This document shows, in pieces, positions 1 through 8,902 of a DNA stretch of 27,706 bases. Position numbers and translations under genes: made by a program. Numbering within the stretch: position 1 is the stretch's first letter; every line of letters begins with the position of its first letter. The notes under the pieces are model-generated. The model had not been told where the DNA came from. It saw nothing but the letters and a program-made list of their open reading frames with translations, and made no database searches. Origin of the DNA: an uncultured Desulfobacteraceae bacterium (GTDB lineage Bacteria > Desulfobacterota > Desulfobacteria > Desulfobacterales > Desulfobacteraceae). The stretch spans positions 1 through 27,706 of the forward strand of contig CAXHYW010000001.1 in assembly GCA_964021475.1 (NCBI GenBank), given 5' to 3'.

Positions 1-1
1 A

Positions 2-67
2 TCAAAAAGCCAAAATTCATTTGGCATCAAGGATTTTTTGTATCAGCAGTTAAAAAACTCCATTTAA
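2..67 (+). CDS. flgJ: 3' end (partial) of a FlgJ-like rod-binding protein
   Basis: Frame +2 reads SKSQNSFGIKDFLYQQLKNSI*, resembling the G-[IL]-x-D-x-L-Y-x-Q-L C-terminus of rod-binding FlgJ proteins. Its position just upstream of flgN-flgK fits. Only 21 codons are visible. Confidence 0.55.
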   Translation, partial: SKSQNSFGIKDFLYQQLKNSI

Positions 68-111
68 TCCATCCGCAGTTACCTCTTCTTCACAAGTCCA
101 CCTGTCGACCA

Positions 112-127
112 TGGCATAGAAGTTGCT
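112..127 (+). promoter_or_regulatory. sigma54 (RpoN) -24/-12 promoter for the flgN-flgK-flgL-csrA-fliW-flagellin operon
   Basis: TGGCAT-AGAAG-TTGCT has the GG-N10-GC spacing and matches the consensus TGGCAC-N5-TTGCW. It is intergenic and about 115 nt upstream of the flgN ATG. Confidence 0.8.
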
Positions 128-242
128 CTCTTATTCATTTAAATGCTGAAATTTATAGAACAAGGAAAAAAATTCCCTGTTGCCCGATCTTAAAATTCAG
201 TTTAGTTCCAAAGACACCGATGACAGTAAGAGGAGAGGGAAC

Positions 243-746
243 ATGGAAAAATTTACCGAAAAAATCACAGGTTTGCTTCAAAACAAGTTGTCTTTGTATC
301 AGGATCTTCGAAATGTGATTGAATCTGAAAAAAAATATGTTGTTGAAATGGATATGGAGAGTTTGTGGGCGGCCATTGATCAAAAAAAACAATTGGTGTC
401 AGCCATTGAACAACTGATCGAGAATATTCTTGCCCAGTTTAAGGAACAGCTGTACCAGATTGTTATGGACACCGGTTCATTTCAAATGTCCAAACTTATA
501 GATGCATTACCCCTGCCCTTAAGGGCTAAGTCTGAGCTGAGAAGAATCGGGCTTTCCATTGATGAATGTAAAAATGAAATATCATTGATGGCAATTGAGA
601 ATAAACGATATATCACAGAGTATCTGACGGTAATTGATGGTATTTTTTCCACAGTGGTGCGCACGACCGTTAAAAAACAATATTCCCATTCCGGCCACAT
701 GATTCCGGGCAAAGAGACACACCATTTATTTAATGCAGAGGTGTAA
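243..746 (+). CDS. flgN: Flagellar export chaperone FlgN (167 aa)
   Basis: Helical protein with an FlgN-like pattern (LYQDLRNVIESEK..DMESL..I..KKQL; ENKRYI), directly before flgK. I moved the start from the TTG at 180 to the ATG at 243, which follows an AGGAGAGGG RBS. Confidence 0.8.
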   Translation: MEKFTEKITGLLQNKLSLYQDLRNVIESEKKYVVEMDMESLWAAIDQKKQLVSAIEQLIENILAQFKEQLYQIVMDTGSFQMSKLIDALPLPLRAKSELRRIGLSIDECKNEISLMAIENKRYITEYLTVIDGIFSTVVRTTVKKQYSHSGHMIPGKETHHLFNAEV

Positions 747-749
747 ACC

Positions 750-3700
750 ATGTCAGGACTTAATTCAACACTCAGCATAGCCAAAACAGCTATCGCTACC
801 CAACAATTCGGATTGAACGTAACCGGCCAGAATATTGCCAATGTAAATAACCCGGATTATAGTGTTCAAAATGCAGACCAGGTCAATCGGAAACCGGCCC
901 AATATGCGGGTTTCCTTTTCGGGACAGGGGTAGACATCAACCAGGTTCGGCAGAGTGTTGATCGCTTGCTTGAAGAGCGTTTGACAGGTGAGCGCTCCAC
1001 CCAGGCGGCCTTTGAAGAAGAGGAATCCTATATGCGGATTCTGGAGGGATTCTTTGATGAAACCTCCGACACCAGTGTCACCAGTCTTTTAACAGAATTT
1101 TGGAACGCCTGGCATGATATTTCGGACAATCCCCAGGGATCATCCGAGCGGGTGTCTGTTTTTGAAAGCGGTAAAAAATTGGCTTCCCGGTTTGAAACCG
1201 CTGTTCTGGATATGGATAATTTGTTGGCAGATATCACCACTGATATCAATTCCGCTGTTCAACAGATCAATGCAATCTCAAAACAAATTGCAGACCTGAA
1301 TCAGGAAATCATCTCCACGGAGATAAACCGCACCGCCAATGATCAACGGGATCAACGAAGTCGTTTGGTGGATGAACTGGGTGAGCTGATCGATATCAAT
1401 CTCTATGAACAGTCCAATGGCGGAATTACCATTAATGTGGCCAGTGGTTTCGGTCTGGTGAATGGGGTGGAGACGACTGAATTGGCCACCACCAGCACGG
1501 ATATCATCTGGAAAGGTTCTTCGGGGCAGGGCCAGGTCATAACGGACAAAATTATCAGCGGCAGAATCGGTGGTTTGCTTGAAATGCGGGATGAGATAAT
1601 CCCCAAATACAAGGCAGAGATGAACGAATTGTCCCGGGAAATGATATGGGCCATCAATTACCAACATTCACAAGGTGCTGGGTTGGAATATTTCAGCAGT
1701 CCTGTGACAGGAAATTATGCGACAGATGAAAGCGGCTGGCTGACAAGTTTTGAGTTTGGTGACAAAATTGATAATTCAAAAGATTTTACCATGTGGGTGG
1801 AAGACAAGACCAATGTGGACACCCTGTATAGCAAAATCAATATGGACATGGGCCTTTCCGCCGCGCGAATTACCAATTGGCAGGGTGTTTCCCAGGGATC
1901 GATTCAATCTATTTATAAATTAACCGTGGTGGATGAAGCGGTTTTGGGTGACAAGGAGGTCATGGAGTCAGATGGGGACGGACTGGCAACGGTTTGGCCA
2001 TCGGTTGCAACCTCGGGGGTATCCACCACACTTGATCGGGCCATTGCCGAGCAGACCCTGACCGTTTACGGCGGTCCTTCCGGGACCCGTGTCATTGAAG
2101 TTAAGGACATCGGTGACGGAGCCAAGCGGTCTGCTGCATCCATTGCGGCTGCCCTGAGCGATGTAGATGGGGTGACGGCCTATGCGTCTGAAACTTCTGC
2201 CAGCCTACAGCTGGTTGATAATACAGTACCTGTGCCAGTTTCTCTTTTCCCCAATACCGAGGATGGAGATGAAGTTCAGTATACCCTCTATGTGGACGGG
2301 ATTTTACAAAAACAAAGTTTTAACCGGGACGCATCCATTGGTACCCTTCAGGAGCAATTTCAAACCTCACTGTTGGCAGCGGTTGAATCCATTAATCAGA
2401 TCAATGAAGACAAAGACTTGTCTGCCAGTGGACTGACCCTTACAAGCAGTTCCGGAAAAACCCTGGGTATCCAGGATTTTGAAGTCCAGGATAATGCGGG
2501 GATTCGCATGGATACCTTTGCAAATTTTGATACCGGTGACAAGGTGACATTTGATATTGATTCAATCACCGTTCCTGCTCCGGGAACAGCAGCCGCCAGC
2601 ACAACTTCCGTGACGGTGGATCTAACCGGTATTGATACAACAGACGAGGCCAAAGTGTCCCTGGCGTTCACTGCCGCATTGAACACTGCCCTTGACGGAC
2701 AACCCTTTACGGTTCAACATGACCCCACCACAAATGCTGTCATCCTAAGAACAACAGATGGATCGGCCATTCGATTTCGCAATGGTGCTAATGATACCGG
2801 CGATGATGCGGTGGTTGATATTACGGAGTTAGGTGGCAGCTTGACCACATCCGGGGCCGCCGATACGGTCCTGCGGTTTGACAATGCCCCGGGCCCATCG
2901 GATCTGGTCCGGTATGATTCTATTACCTTGGCCACTGATTCCATTGGGTTTGTTAGCAAGGGAACGGGTGTGTTTCTTGCTGAAACCACGGGTGTTGGTG
3001 TTAAAAGTGGGGTGATTGCAGGAACGGTCTCCATCATCACCGATCCGGGGATGTCCATTCAATCCACCGTGTCCGGGGTGGCTTCTGGGGGGCTTTTTAG
3101 CAACATCGAGGCCAAGAAAGGCAGTTCCATTTTAACCCTGGGAGGGGAAGGCGGGTTTTCCGGATTTTCATCTGCGGGTGGAGAAATAATTTCCTTTAAG
3201 CTGGATGGTGCCGATATCTCGTTTTCAACCACTGCGGGTGCCGGAACATCAGACCTTCAGATGGCCCAATTGTTTAAGGATGAGATTGAGGCAGACTTGA
3301 TAACTGCCGGAATAGACGCCAATTATCAGGTCATTATGACCGGCAGTTCCGTATCCGTCATCAAGAATGTGGGCCTGGATGATCCCATCAAGCTGACCAA
3401 TTTTTCAGATACCGGTGGAAACAATGCCAAGTTAAAGGTTCGGACCGGAACCGGTAATGGTACCCATCAGCCCGAGAATGACACGCTGGATGCAGATCCC
3501 TCAAAAACCTACCGGAACTCAACCACTTCGACATTATACGGGGACGAAGGGGTGATCATGTGGGAACGGCTGGATAGTAACGGATTCACAACAGGGGTTT
3601 CGGGTCTTATTTCTGTGGAAGACGAAGGCCAGGTTTCTATTGTGGAAAATAACGTGACCACCATGACCTTTGATATCTCCAAGGGCAGTCTGGTTGCCGG

Positions 3701-5048
3701 CAATACATTGACCGTGAATACCGATGTTGCAGGTAACATAGATCCGGTGGATTTTAGAATTACCGGCCAGGCAAACAGTGTCAACGAACTATATCAGTTT
3801 CGGGTTGTTTCCGGCGGGAAGGTGGGTGAATTACCCGCCGCCGGGGATGAGCCCCTGGTAATAGAGTGGTCCAACAGTGTGAAAACCGGTACATTTACCA
3901 TTGAGGGAGAGGACCCGCCTCAGACTCCCCTGGTGTCGGTGAACGCGGAGGTGGACGGAATGACGTTAAAATTTTATGGCGGCACTTTTCTTAAAGATGA
4001 TGTATTTACCGTTACCACAGGAGATACCGGCATTCCCCTTTCCGAAAATAGTTCGGGCAAGCCAACCGGTGAGACCCAGTCGGACTGGCACTGGACCCTG
4101 GATTCTTTTGCGGACCAATTCAATCATGAGGCGCCGGGTATGAAAGCTTCTGTAACCCTGGACAATCAGCTTACGTTTGAAGCCGATGATAAGTACTACA
4201 CCATCGAGAACACCCAATATTCAGAGAAAAATGGTTTTGCCGAGGACAATGTAAACATCAGTGTCACTGATTGGAATTTCATGGATTCTGCTGCCACAGA
4301 TCTTCGGTTCGAGCGGACCGGATCCGGGGAATGGCAGGTGTGGAATGATCCCACCGGTGGGAACCTTCAGCTTTTGCCGCCCGGGGGGGATGATGACGGG
4401 TTCGGGGTGGACTTTTCAGGAGATGGTCTGGCCGATATCAGAATCGATTTTAATACAAAGGTTACCGGCGACGGGTATGTGGAGTTTGATTTTCGCCAAC
4501 GAAGCTCTTCGGACATCGGGTTTGCATTTTCAGATGATGCCTCCTCCGGATCCGGCCTGGTGGCCGCCGCAGGGATCAACACCTTTTTCAAAGGGTATGA
4601 TGCCATGACAATGGAGATCAATGAGACCCTCAGCGAAACAAAATTTTTAGCGGCAGCCACCATCGACAGTACCACTGGTGTGATCAGCAAGGGGGATAAC
4701 ACCAATGCCCTTGGGCTGGCAGATGTTCAATTCAAGAATAAAGAAATGAAAATCTGGACTTACCAGCGGGGCATTGAGGCACAGTCCAGTAACACAAATG
4801 CTTCACTGGACGATTATTTTAATGCCATCATCAGCTCTTTGGGCATAGAATCAAGAAGTATTAAGAATTCAAAATCATTTGCCGATATTATGGTAACGAA
4901 TATTACTGAACAACGGGATGCCGTTTCGGCTGTTTCCCTGGATGAAGAGATGATTAAACTTATGAAATATCAACATGCATTTTCTGCTGCTTCCAAACTG
5001 CTCACCGTATCTGATGAAATGCTTAATACATTGATTTCCATGAGATAA
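750..5048 (+). CDS. flgK: Hook-associated protein 1 FlgK, greatly enlarged (1432 aa)
   Basis: N-terminus LSIAKTAIATQQFGLNVTGQNIANVNNPDYS, then G.GV.I.QVRQ.VD and FWNAWHDISDNP. C-terminus QRDAVSAVSLDEEMIKLMKYQHAFSAASKLL...DEML.TL. Confidence 0.97.
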   Translation: MSGLNSTLSIAKTAIATQQFGLNVTGQNIANVNNPDYSVQNADQVNRKPAQYAGFLFGTGVDINQVRQSVDRLLEERLTGERSTQAAFEEEESYMRILEGFFDETSDTSVTSLLTEFWNAWHDISDNPQGSSERVSVFESGKKLASRFETAVLDMDNLLADITTDINSAVQQINAISKQIADLNQEIISTEINRTANDQRDQRSRLVDELGELIDINLYEQSNGGITINVASGFGLVNGVETTELATTSTDIIWKGSSGQGQVITDKIISGRIGGLLEMRDEIIPKYKAEMNELSREMIWAINYQHSQGAGLEYFSSPVTGNYATDESGWLTSFEFGDKIDNSKDFTMWVEDKTNVDTLYSKINMDMGLSAARITNWQGVSQGSIQSIYKLTVVDEAVLGDKEVMESDGDGLATVWPSVATSGVSTTLDRAIAEQTLTVYGGPSGTRVIEVKDIGDGAKRSAASIAAALSDVDGVTAYASETSASLQLVDNTVPVPVSLFPNTEDGDEVQYTLYVDGILQKQSFNRDASIGTLQEQFQTSLLAAVESINQINEDKDLSASGLTLTSSSGKTLGIQDFEVQDNAGIRMDTFANFDTGDKVTFDIDSITVPAPGTAAASTTSVTVDLTGIDTTDEAKVSLAFTAALNTALDGQPFTVQHDPTTNAVILRTTDGSAIRFRNGANDTGDDAVVDITELGGSLTTSGAADTVLRFDNAPGPSDLVRYDSITLATDSIGFVSKGTGVFLAETTGVGVKSGVIAGTVSIITDPGMSIQSTVSGVASGGLFSNIEAKKGSSILTLGGEGGFSGFSSAGGEIISFKLDGADISFSTTAGAGTSDLQMAQLFKDEIEADLITAGIDANYQVIMTGSSVSVIKNVGLDDPIKLTNFSDTGGNNAKLKVRTGTGNGTHQPENDTLDADPSKTYRNSTTSTLYGDEGVIMWERLDSNGFTTGVSGLISVEDEGQVSIVENNVTTMTFDISKGSLVAGNTLTVNTDVAGNIDPVDFRITGQANSVNELYQFRVVSGGKVGELPAAGDEPLVIEWSNSVKTGTFTIEGEDPPQTPLVSVNAEVDGMTLKFYGGTFLKDDVFTVTTGDTGIPLSENSSGKPTGETQSDWHWTLDSFADQFNHEAPGMKASVTLDNQLTFEADDKYYTIENTQYSEKNGFAEDNVNISVTDWNFMDSAATDLRFERTGSGEWQVWNDPTGGNLQLLPPGGDDDGFGVDFSGDGLADIRIDFNTKVTGDGYVEFDFRQRSSSDIGFAFSDDASSGSGLVAAAGINTFFKGYDAMTMEINETLSETKFLAAATIDSTTGVISKGDNTNALGLADVQFKNKEMKIWTYQRGIEAQSSNTNASLDDYFNAIISSLGIESRSIKNSKSFADIMVTNITEQRDAVSAVSLDEEMIKLMKYQHAFSAASKLLTVSDEMLNTLISMR

Positions 5049-5061
5049 CAGGAGATATGAA

Positions 5062-8000
5062 ATGAGGGTACCCAATATCAACACATATTATTCCGCCACT
5101 TACAGGCTTGGCAATCTTACGGAGAAATTGAAGAATGCCAACGAAGTGATGAGCACCCAGAAACGGATCAACGAGATTTCAGATGACCCCCTGGGCTTAA
5201 GTCAGGTCCTTAGCCTGAAAAACTCAATTGGCAATCTGGAACAGATCGAGCGGAATGTGGTCATGGGAAAGTCATGGTTGGAAGGGGTTGAAAATGCTCT
5301 GGACAGTGTGAATAATCTGATCCTGGATGCAAAATCTGAAGCCATGCGTCTGTCCAATGATTCCACCACGGCGGATGAAAGACATGATGCCCTGGAAAGG
5401 ATGGACAATATTATTGAGCAGATCGTGTCGTTAGGCAACACCCAGGTGAACGGCAGTTATGTGTTCGGTGGTACGGACGTCGACGTGATTCCCTTTACAT
5501 ATGACAAAACAAGTGAACCGAACAAGGTTGTGTATAATGGCAACGGGATTCCCTTTGAGATCCGGACAGATGCTAATTCCGGGGTCCAGGTGGGCCGGGA
5601 CGGGCAACAAACCTTCTGGGATACCATCGTGGACATAAATGCCACCAACAACACCATTGTTTTCAGAGAAGATAACGGCCACGGCAGTGCATCCCAGAAA
5701 GTGATGGAAACCAAAATTCCCAATGGGACTTATACCAAGGAAGAACTGACAATTGTTGTGAGAAATGCCTTGAACGATGCATCCAAGCAGAATGGATATG
5801 GCGTACAATATCTGGTTTCCTATGATGAGACCGCCCAGCAATTTGCCATCCGGGAGGATGGCAGTTATAACGGATATTTGAGAACCGAGTTTATGTGGGA
5901 TACGGGGGGGGAACCCTATGTCAATGAAATTAAAACCTCCAGTCTGATAGATCCCGATGATGTGAATATCAGTACTTTAAACCGGGATGCCTTAACCCTT
6001 GGCACCCCGGAACCCTCGGGTAAAGATCCTTTTAAATTGATCTGGGACGGCAGTGCCGGTTGGAATGTGGAAGGCAATCCCGGGTACGTGATCCCGGGGA
6101 AAATTTCAGGCACGGCAGACAGCATTGATATCGATCTGGATGAAAGCGGTTTTCCCGATATTTCCATTCGGCTGGATAAACCGGTAACCCAGCAGGGAGA
6201 GTCCATTCAATTTGAGATCATTCCTTACAAAGGGGATAAAAGCGTGGGAAATGAAATCGGATTTAAATCAGAAAATCTGACATATTCTCCACCGGTATCT
6301 GATAACCGACCCGCATTTATAACGGATATCACCATTACAAGCGGTGGGAATGATACCATCGATTTTGTGGAAATGAATTCCACCGGTGGTGTCAGCGCCA
6401 CCCTGTCTGCCACCATTACACCCGGAAATTACACGGATATGGATCTGCTTGCCAAGGACATAGAAGCCCAATTGGAAGCTGCCAGTGCCGCCCCCACCGC
6501 AGGGGCCAATACCATTGACTATGCGGTTTCCTATGATGTGGAGAACAGCCGTTTCAATATTCGAGAGGATGGTACCAGTTTGAACGAGTTGAAGGTTCTC
6601 TGGGGAAATACCTCCACCGCGGCGTCCACAACGGCAGCCACCCTTGGGTATTATCCCATGGACGACACCATTTCCTATCCTGTTTCGGATATCACTCCCA
6701 TCCACGGCAATATTACCATCAGTACGACAAACAACAAAATAGATTTCCAGGAAACCAATACCGCAGGCGTTGCCACCACAATAGCCGCAATTATCCCCAG
6801 CGGGGTGTACAAGGACATCACAGCCCTTGAAACTGCTGTGGAAACCGCCATGAATAATGCCTCGGCCGCATCCGGAAATATTGTCAATTATGATGTTTTC
6901 TATGATGAGACCCTTCCATCCCCCCAGTTTCAAATCCAGCGGAGCAGCGGGACCACCCTCACTAATTTCGATATCCTCTGGGCCACCGGTACCAACTGGT
7001 CCGAGTCCATTGGCGACACCCTGGGGTATGATGTCTCCTTTGATGATATTGGGGGCGGGGCGGCGATTCATGTCAGTGATGCTCCCCCTGTTTTGCTGAC
7101 CTTTGACAATACCAATAATATGATTGAGTTTACGGAAACCAACATTAACGGTACGGTGTCTGATGAGATCAGCATTGAAATTCCCTCGGGGGATTATACG
7201 GACCTGGATACCGTGGCTGCTGACATACAGACAGCCCTGCGAACGGCTTCTCCCAATGGTGTGGATTACACGGTTGCCTATGATTTTACAGCAGGCAATT
7301 TCATGATTAAGGGTAGTGATGCCGACATCAAAGGGTTTGATCTGTTGTGGAAAACGGGTACCAATACCGCAAACACGGCTGCCGGTATGTTGGGGTTCGA
7401 TCCAGCCGAGGATGATTCGGTCCGTTTTTCGGAAAGTGATCAGGATCTGATTAACCTTGTCGTTGATGGATTGAACAATAAAATTGATTTTAAGGAAATT
7501 ACCTCCGCAGATGTGGGGAAAACCGTATCCAATCTTACGGCCTCCATCCGGAACAAAACCTATTCCAGCTATGGAGAACTTGCCAGTGAAGTGGAAATCG
7601 CATTGGAAGCGGAATCCTTTAAAAATGGGAATAAAATCGATTATTCTGTTTCCTGGGATGATTATACCAAACGATTTAGCATCAAGGAGAACGGTTCTCG
7701 GCTTGAAGAGTTTCATCTTCAGTGGCAATCCGGGGAGAATGCGGCGGCTTCCGTGGGAGGGTCTGGCCAGAGTATTGGAACAATATTGGGTTTTGATACC
7801 TTTGATGACATTGAAACCCCTTTAAACAGTATGCCTGAAGTGGAATGGGGGATTTTTAATACATTAATTGATTTAAAAACGGATTTAGCAGATAATGATG
7901 TGAATGGTATCCAACGGTCCATTGGAAGATTGGAACTCAATTATGACAACATGACCTCCAGGATTGTGGATACGGGGATGAAATACAGCCGCCTTCTGGT

Positions 8001-8178
8001 GAGGGAAACCATCACCACTGAAATCAGTTTAAGCCTTACCGAGCGGAAAGGCATGATAGAGGATGTCGATATCGTTGAGGCCGTCATGAATCTCAAAAGT
8101 ATTGAAACTGCCTACCAGGCAGCCTTAAGTTCTACCTCAAAGGTGTTGAACTTAAGCCTTGTCGATTATCTGAGATAG
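5062..8178 (+). CDS. flgL: Hook-associated protein 3 FlgL, greatly enlarged (1038 aa)
   Basis: N-terminus MRV...STQKRINEISDDPLG and LGNTQVNGSYVFGGT. C-terminus EDVDIVEAVMNLKSIETAYQAALSSTSKVLNLSLVDYLR. GGAG RBS, directly after flgK. Confidence 0.97.
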   Translation: MRVPNINTYYSATYRLGNLTEKLKNANEVMSTQKRINEISDDPLGLSQVLSLKNSIGNLEQIERNVVMGKSWLEGVENALDSVNNLILDAKSEAMRLSNDSTTADERHDALERMDNIIEQIVSLGNTQVNGSYVFGGTDVDVIPFTYDKTSEPNKVVYNGNGIPFEIRTDANSGVQVGRDGQQTFWDTIVDINATNNTIVFREDNGHGSASQKVMETKIPNGTYTKEELTIVVRNALNDASKQNGYGVQYLVSYDETAQQFAIREDGSYNGYLRTEFMWDTGGEPYVNEIKTSSLIDPDDVNISTLNRDALTLGTPEPSGKDPFKLIWDGSAGWNVEGNPGYVIPGKISGTADSIDIDLDESGFPDISIRLDKPVTQQGESIQFEIIPYKGDKSVGNEIGFKSENLTYSPPVSDNRPAFITDITITSGGNDTIDFVEMNSTGGVSATLSATITPGNYTDMDLLAKDIEAQLEAASAAPTAGANTIDYAVSYDVENSRFNIREDGTSLNELKVLWGNTSTAASTTAATLGYYPMDDTISYPVSDITPIHGNITISTTNNKIDFQETNTAGVATTIAAIIPSGVYKDITALETAVETAMNNASAASGNIVNYDVFYDETLPSPQFQIQRSSGTTLTNFDILWATGTNWSESIGDTLGYDVSFDDIGGGAAIHVSDAPPVLLTFDNTNNMIEFTETNINGTVSDEISIEIPSGDYTDLDTVAADIQTALRTASPNGVDYTVAYDFTAGNFMIKGSDADIKGFDLLWKTGTNTANTAAGMLGFDPAEDDSVRFSESDQDLINLVVDGLNNKIDFKEITSADVGKTVSNLTASIRNKTYSSYGELASEVEIALEAESFKNGNKIDYSVSWDDYTKRFSIKENGSRLEEFHLQWQSGENAAASVGGSGQSIGTILGFDTFDDIETPLNSMPEVEWGIFNTLIDLKTDLADNDVNGIQRSIGRLELNYDNMTSRIVDTGMKYSRLLVRETITTEISLSLTERKGMIEDVDIVEAVMNLKSIETAYQAALSSTSKVLNLSLVDYLR
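5629..7794 (+). repeat. Five tandem ~100-115 aa protein modules inside FlgL
   Basis: Repeats at about 5629-5910 (tail displaced to ~6260), 6328-6651, 6712-7029, 7096-7398 and 7456-7794. Shared pattern: NN.I.F.E...A.IP.G.Y..L...I..AL..AS...Y.V.YD...F.I....F.LLW.TG.N...LG[YF]. Confidence 0.9.
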
Positions 8179-8191
8179 GAAATTAAAAGAG

Positions 8192-8434
8192 ATGCTTGTA
8201 CTTAGCAGAAAAGTAGGGGAAAAAATAAAAATTGGTAAAGACATCGTGATCAATATCCTTAAAATCGAAGGGGGCATTATCCGGGTTGGCATTGATGCAC
8301 CCCAACGGATCCCTATTTTAAGAATGGAAGTGTTTGAAAAAATTCAAAATGAAAATATTGAATCTGTATCCAGAAAGACCGATGAGATCACAGATGCAAT
8401 TGAGCTTATTAAAAATAAACTTCCTAAGGAGTGA
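8192..8434 (+). CDS. csrA: Carbon storage regulator CsrA (FliW-antagonised type)
   Basis: MLVLSRKVGEKIKIG...RVGIDAP..I.ILRMEV. R44 and N55 align with B. subtilis CsrA, and the C-terminal extension typical of FliW-regulated CsrA is present. Confidence 0.97.
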   Translation: MLVLSRKVGEKIKIGKDIVINILKIEGGIIRVGIDAPQRIPILRMEVFEKIQNENIESVSRKTDEITDAIELIKNKLPKE

Positions 8435-8439
8435 GTAGA

Positions 8440-8877
8440 TTGAAAATTTTATCCAGGAAATTTGGTGAAATAGAGATTGATGATGATAAAATTCTGGTGA
8501 TGCCGGAAGGATTGCCTGGGTTTGACGGGTTTGAAAGATTTGTCCTGCTTGAGGACCCGAAAACAGCACCCTTTTGCTGGTTTCAATCCGTTGACGAGCC
8601 CAATCTTTCCATGATTGTCATGAATCCGTTTTTGTTTAAACCCGATTACGAACTGGATCTGGATGGATTTATCGGAACCCGGGACTGGGAAAACACCACC
8701 CCGGATGATTTGATTATTTATGTGGTGGTGAATGTATCGGAAAAAGAAAACGAAACAAAAATTACAGCCAATTTGATGGGGCCTTTAATCATCAATCAGA
8801 AAAACAAGGAAGTGATTCAGGCGGTTATTTCAGATACCACCTACTCACATCAGCATAATGTGCTAACCTCTTCCTAA
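8440..8877 (+). CDS. fliW: Flagellar assembly factor FliW (CsrA antagonist)
   Basis: KFGEIEI..EGLPGF..PFCWFQSVDEPNLSMIVMNPF..ITANLMGPLIIN. I prefer the TTG at 8440 (AAGGAG RBS 8 nt upstream) over the GTG at 8431. Confidence 0.95.
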   Translation: MKILSRKFGEIEIDDDKILVMPEGLPGFDGFERFVLLEDPKTAPFCWFQSVDEPNLSMIVMNPFLFKPDYELDLDGFIGTRDWENTTPDDLIIYVVVNVSEKENETKITANLMGPLIINQKNKEVIQAVISDTTYSHQHNVLTSS

Positions 8878-8887
8878 ATCGATATTT

Positions 8888-8895
8888 AAGGATGT
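8888..8895 (+). promoter_or_regulatory. Putative CsrA site overlapping the RBS of the + strand flagellin
   Basis: AAGGATGT matches the ARGGAUGU core of the CsrA consensus and ends 7 nt before the ATG at 8903. Confidence 0.5.
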
Positions 8896-8902
8896 TTAAG
8901 GC

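Noticed and set aside
161-223. sigma28-like -10 boxes CCCGATCT (183-190) and ACCGATGA (216-223) upstream of flgN
   Set aside because: There is no TAAA-type -35 at N15 spacing, and the sigma54 site explains the operon better. A weak secondary promoter cannot be excluded.
5057-5065. Mini-ORF ATG AAA TGA overlapping the flgL start
   Set aside because: The RBS-to-ATG spacing is only 2 nt, so it is probably incidental.
6268-7728. 486-aa antisense ORF opposite flgL
   Set aside because: It is a shadow ORF fully overlapping a confident gene, with no recognisable motifs. Codon bias in the sense frame readily keeps antisense frames open.
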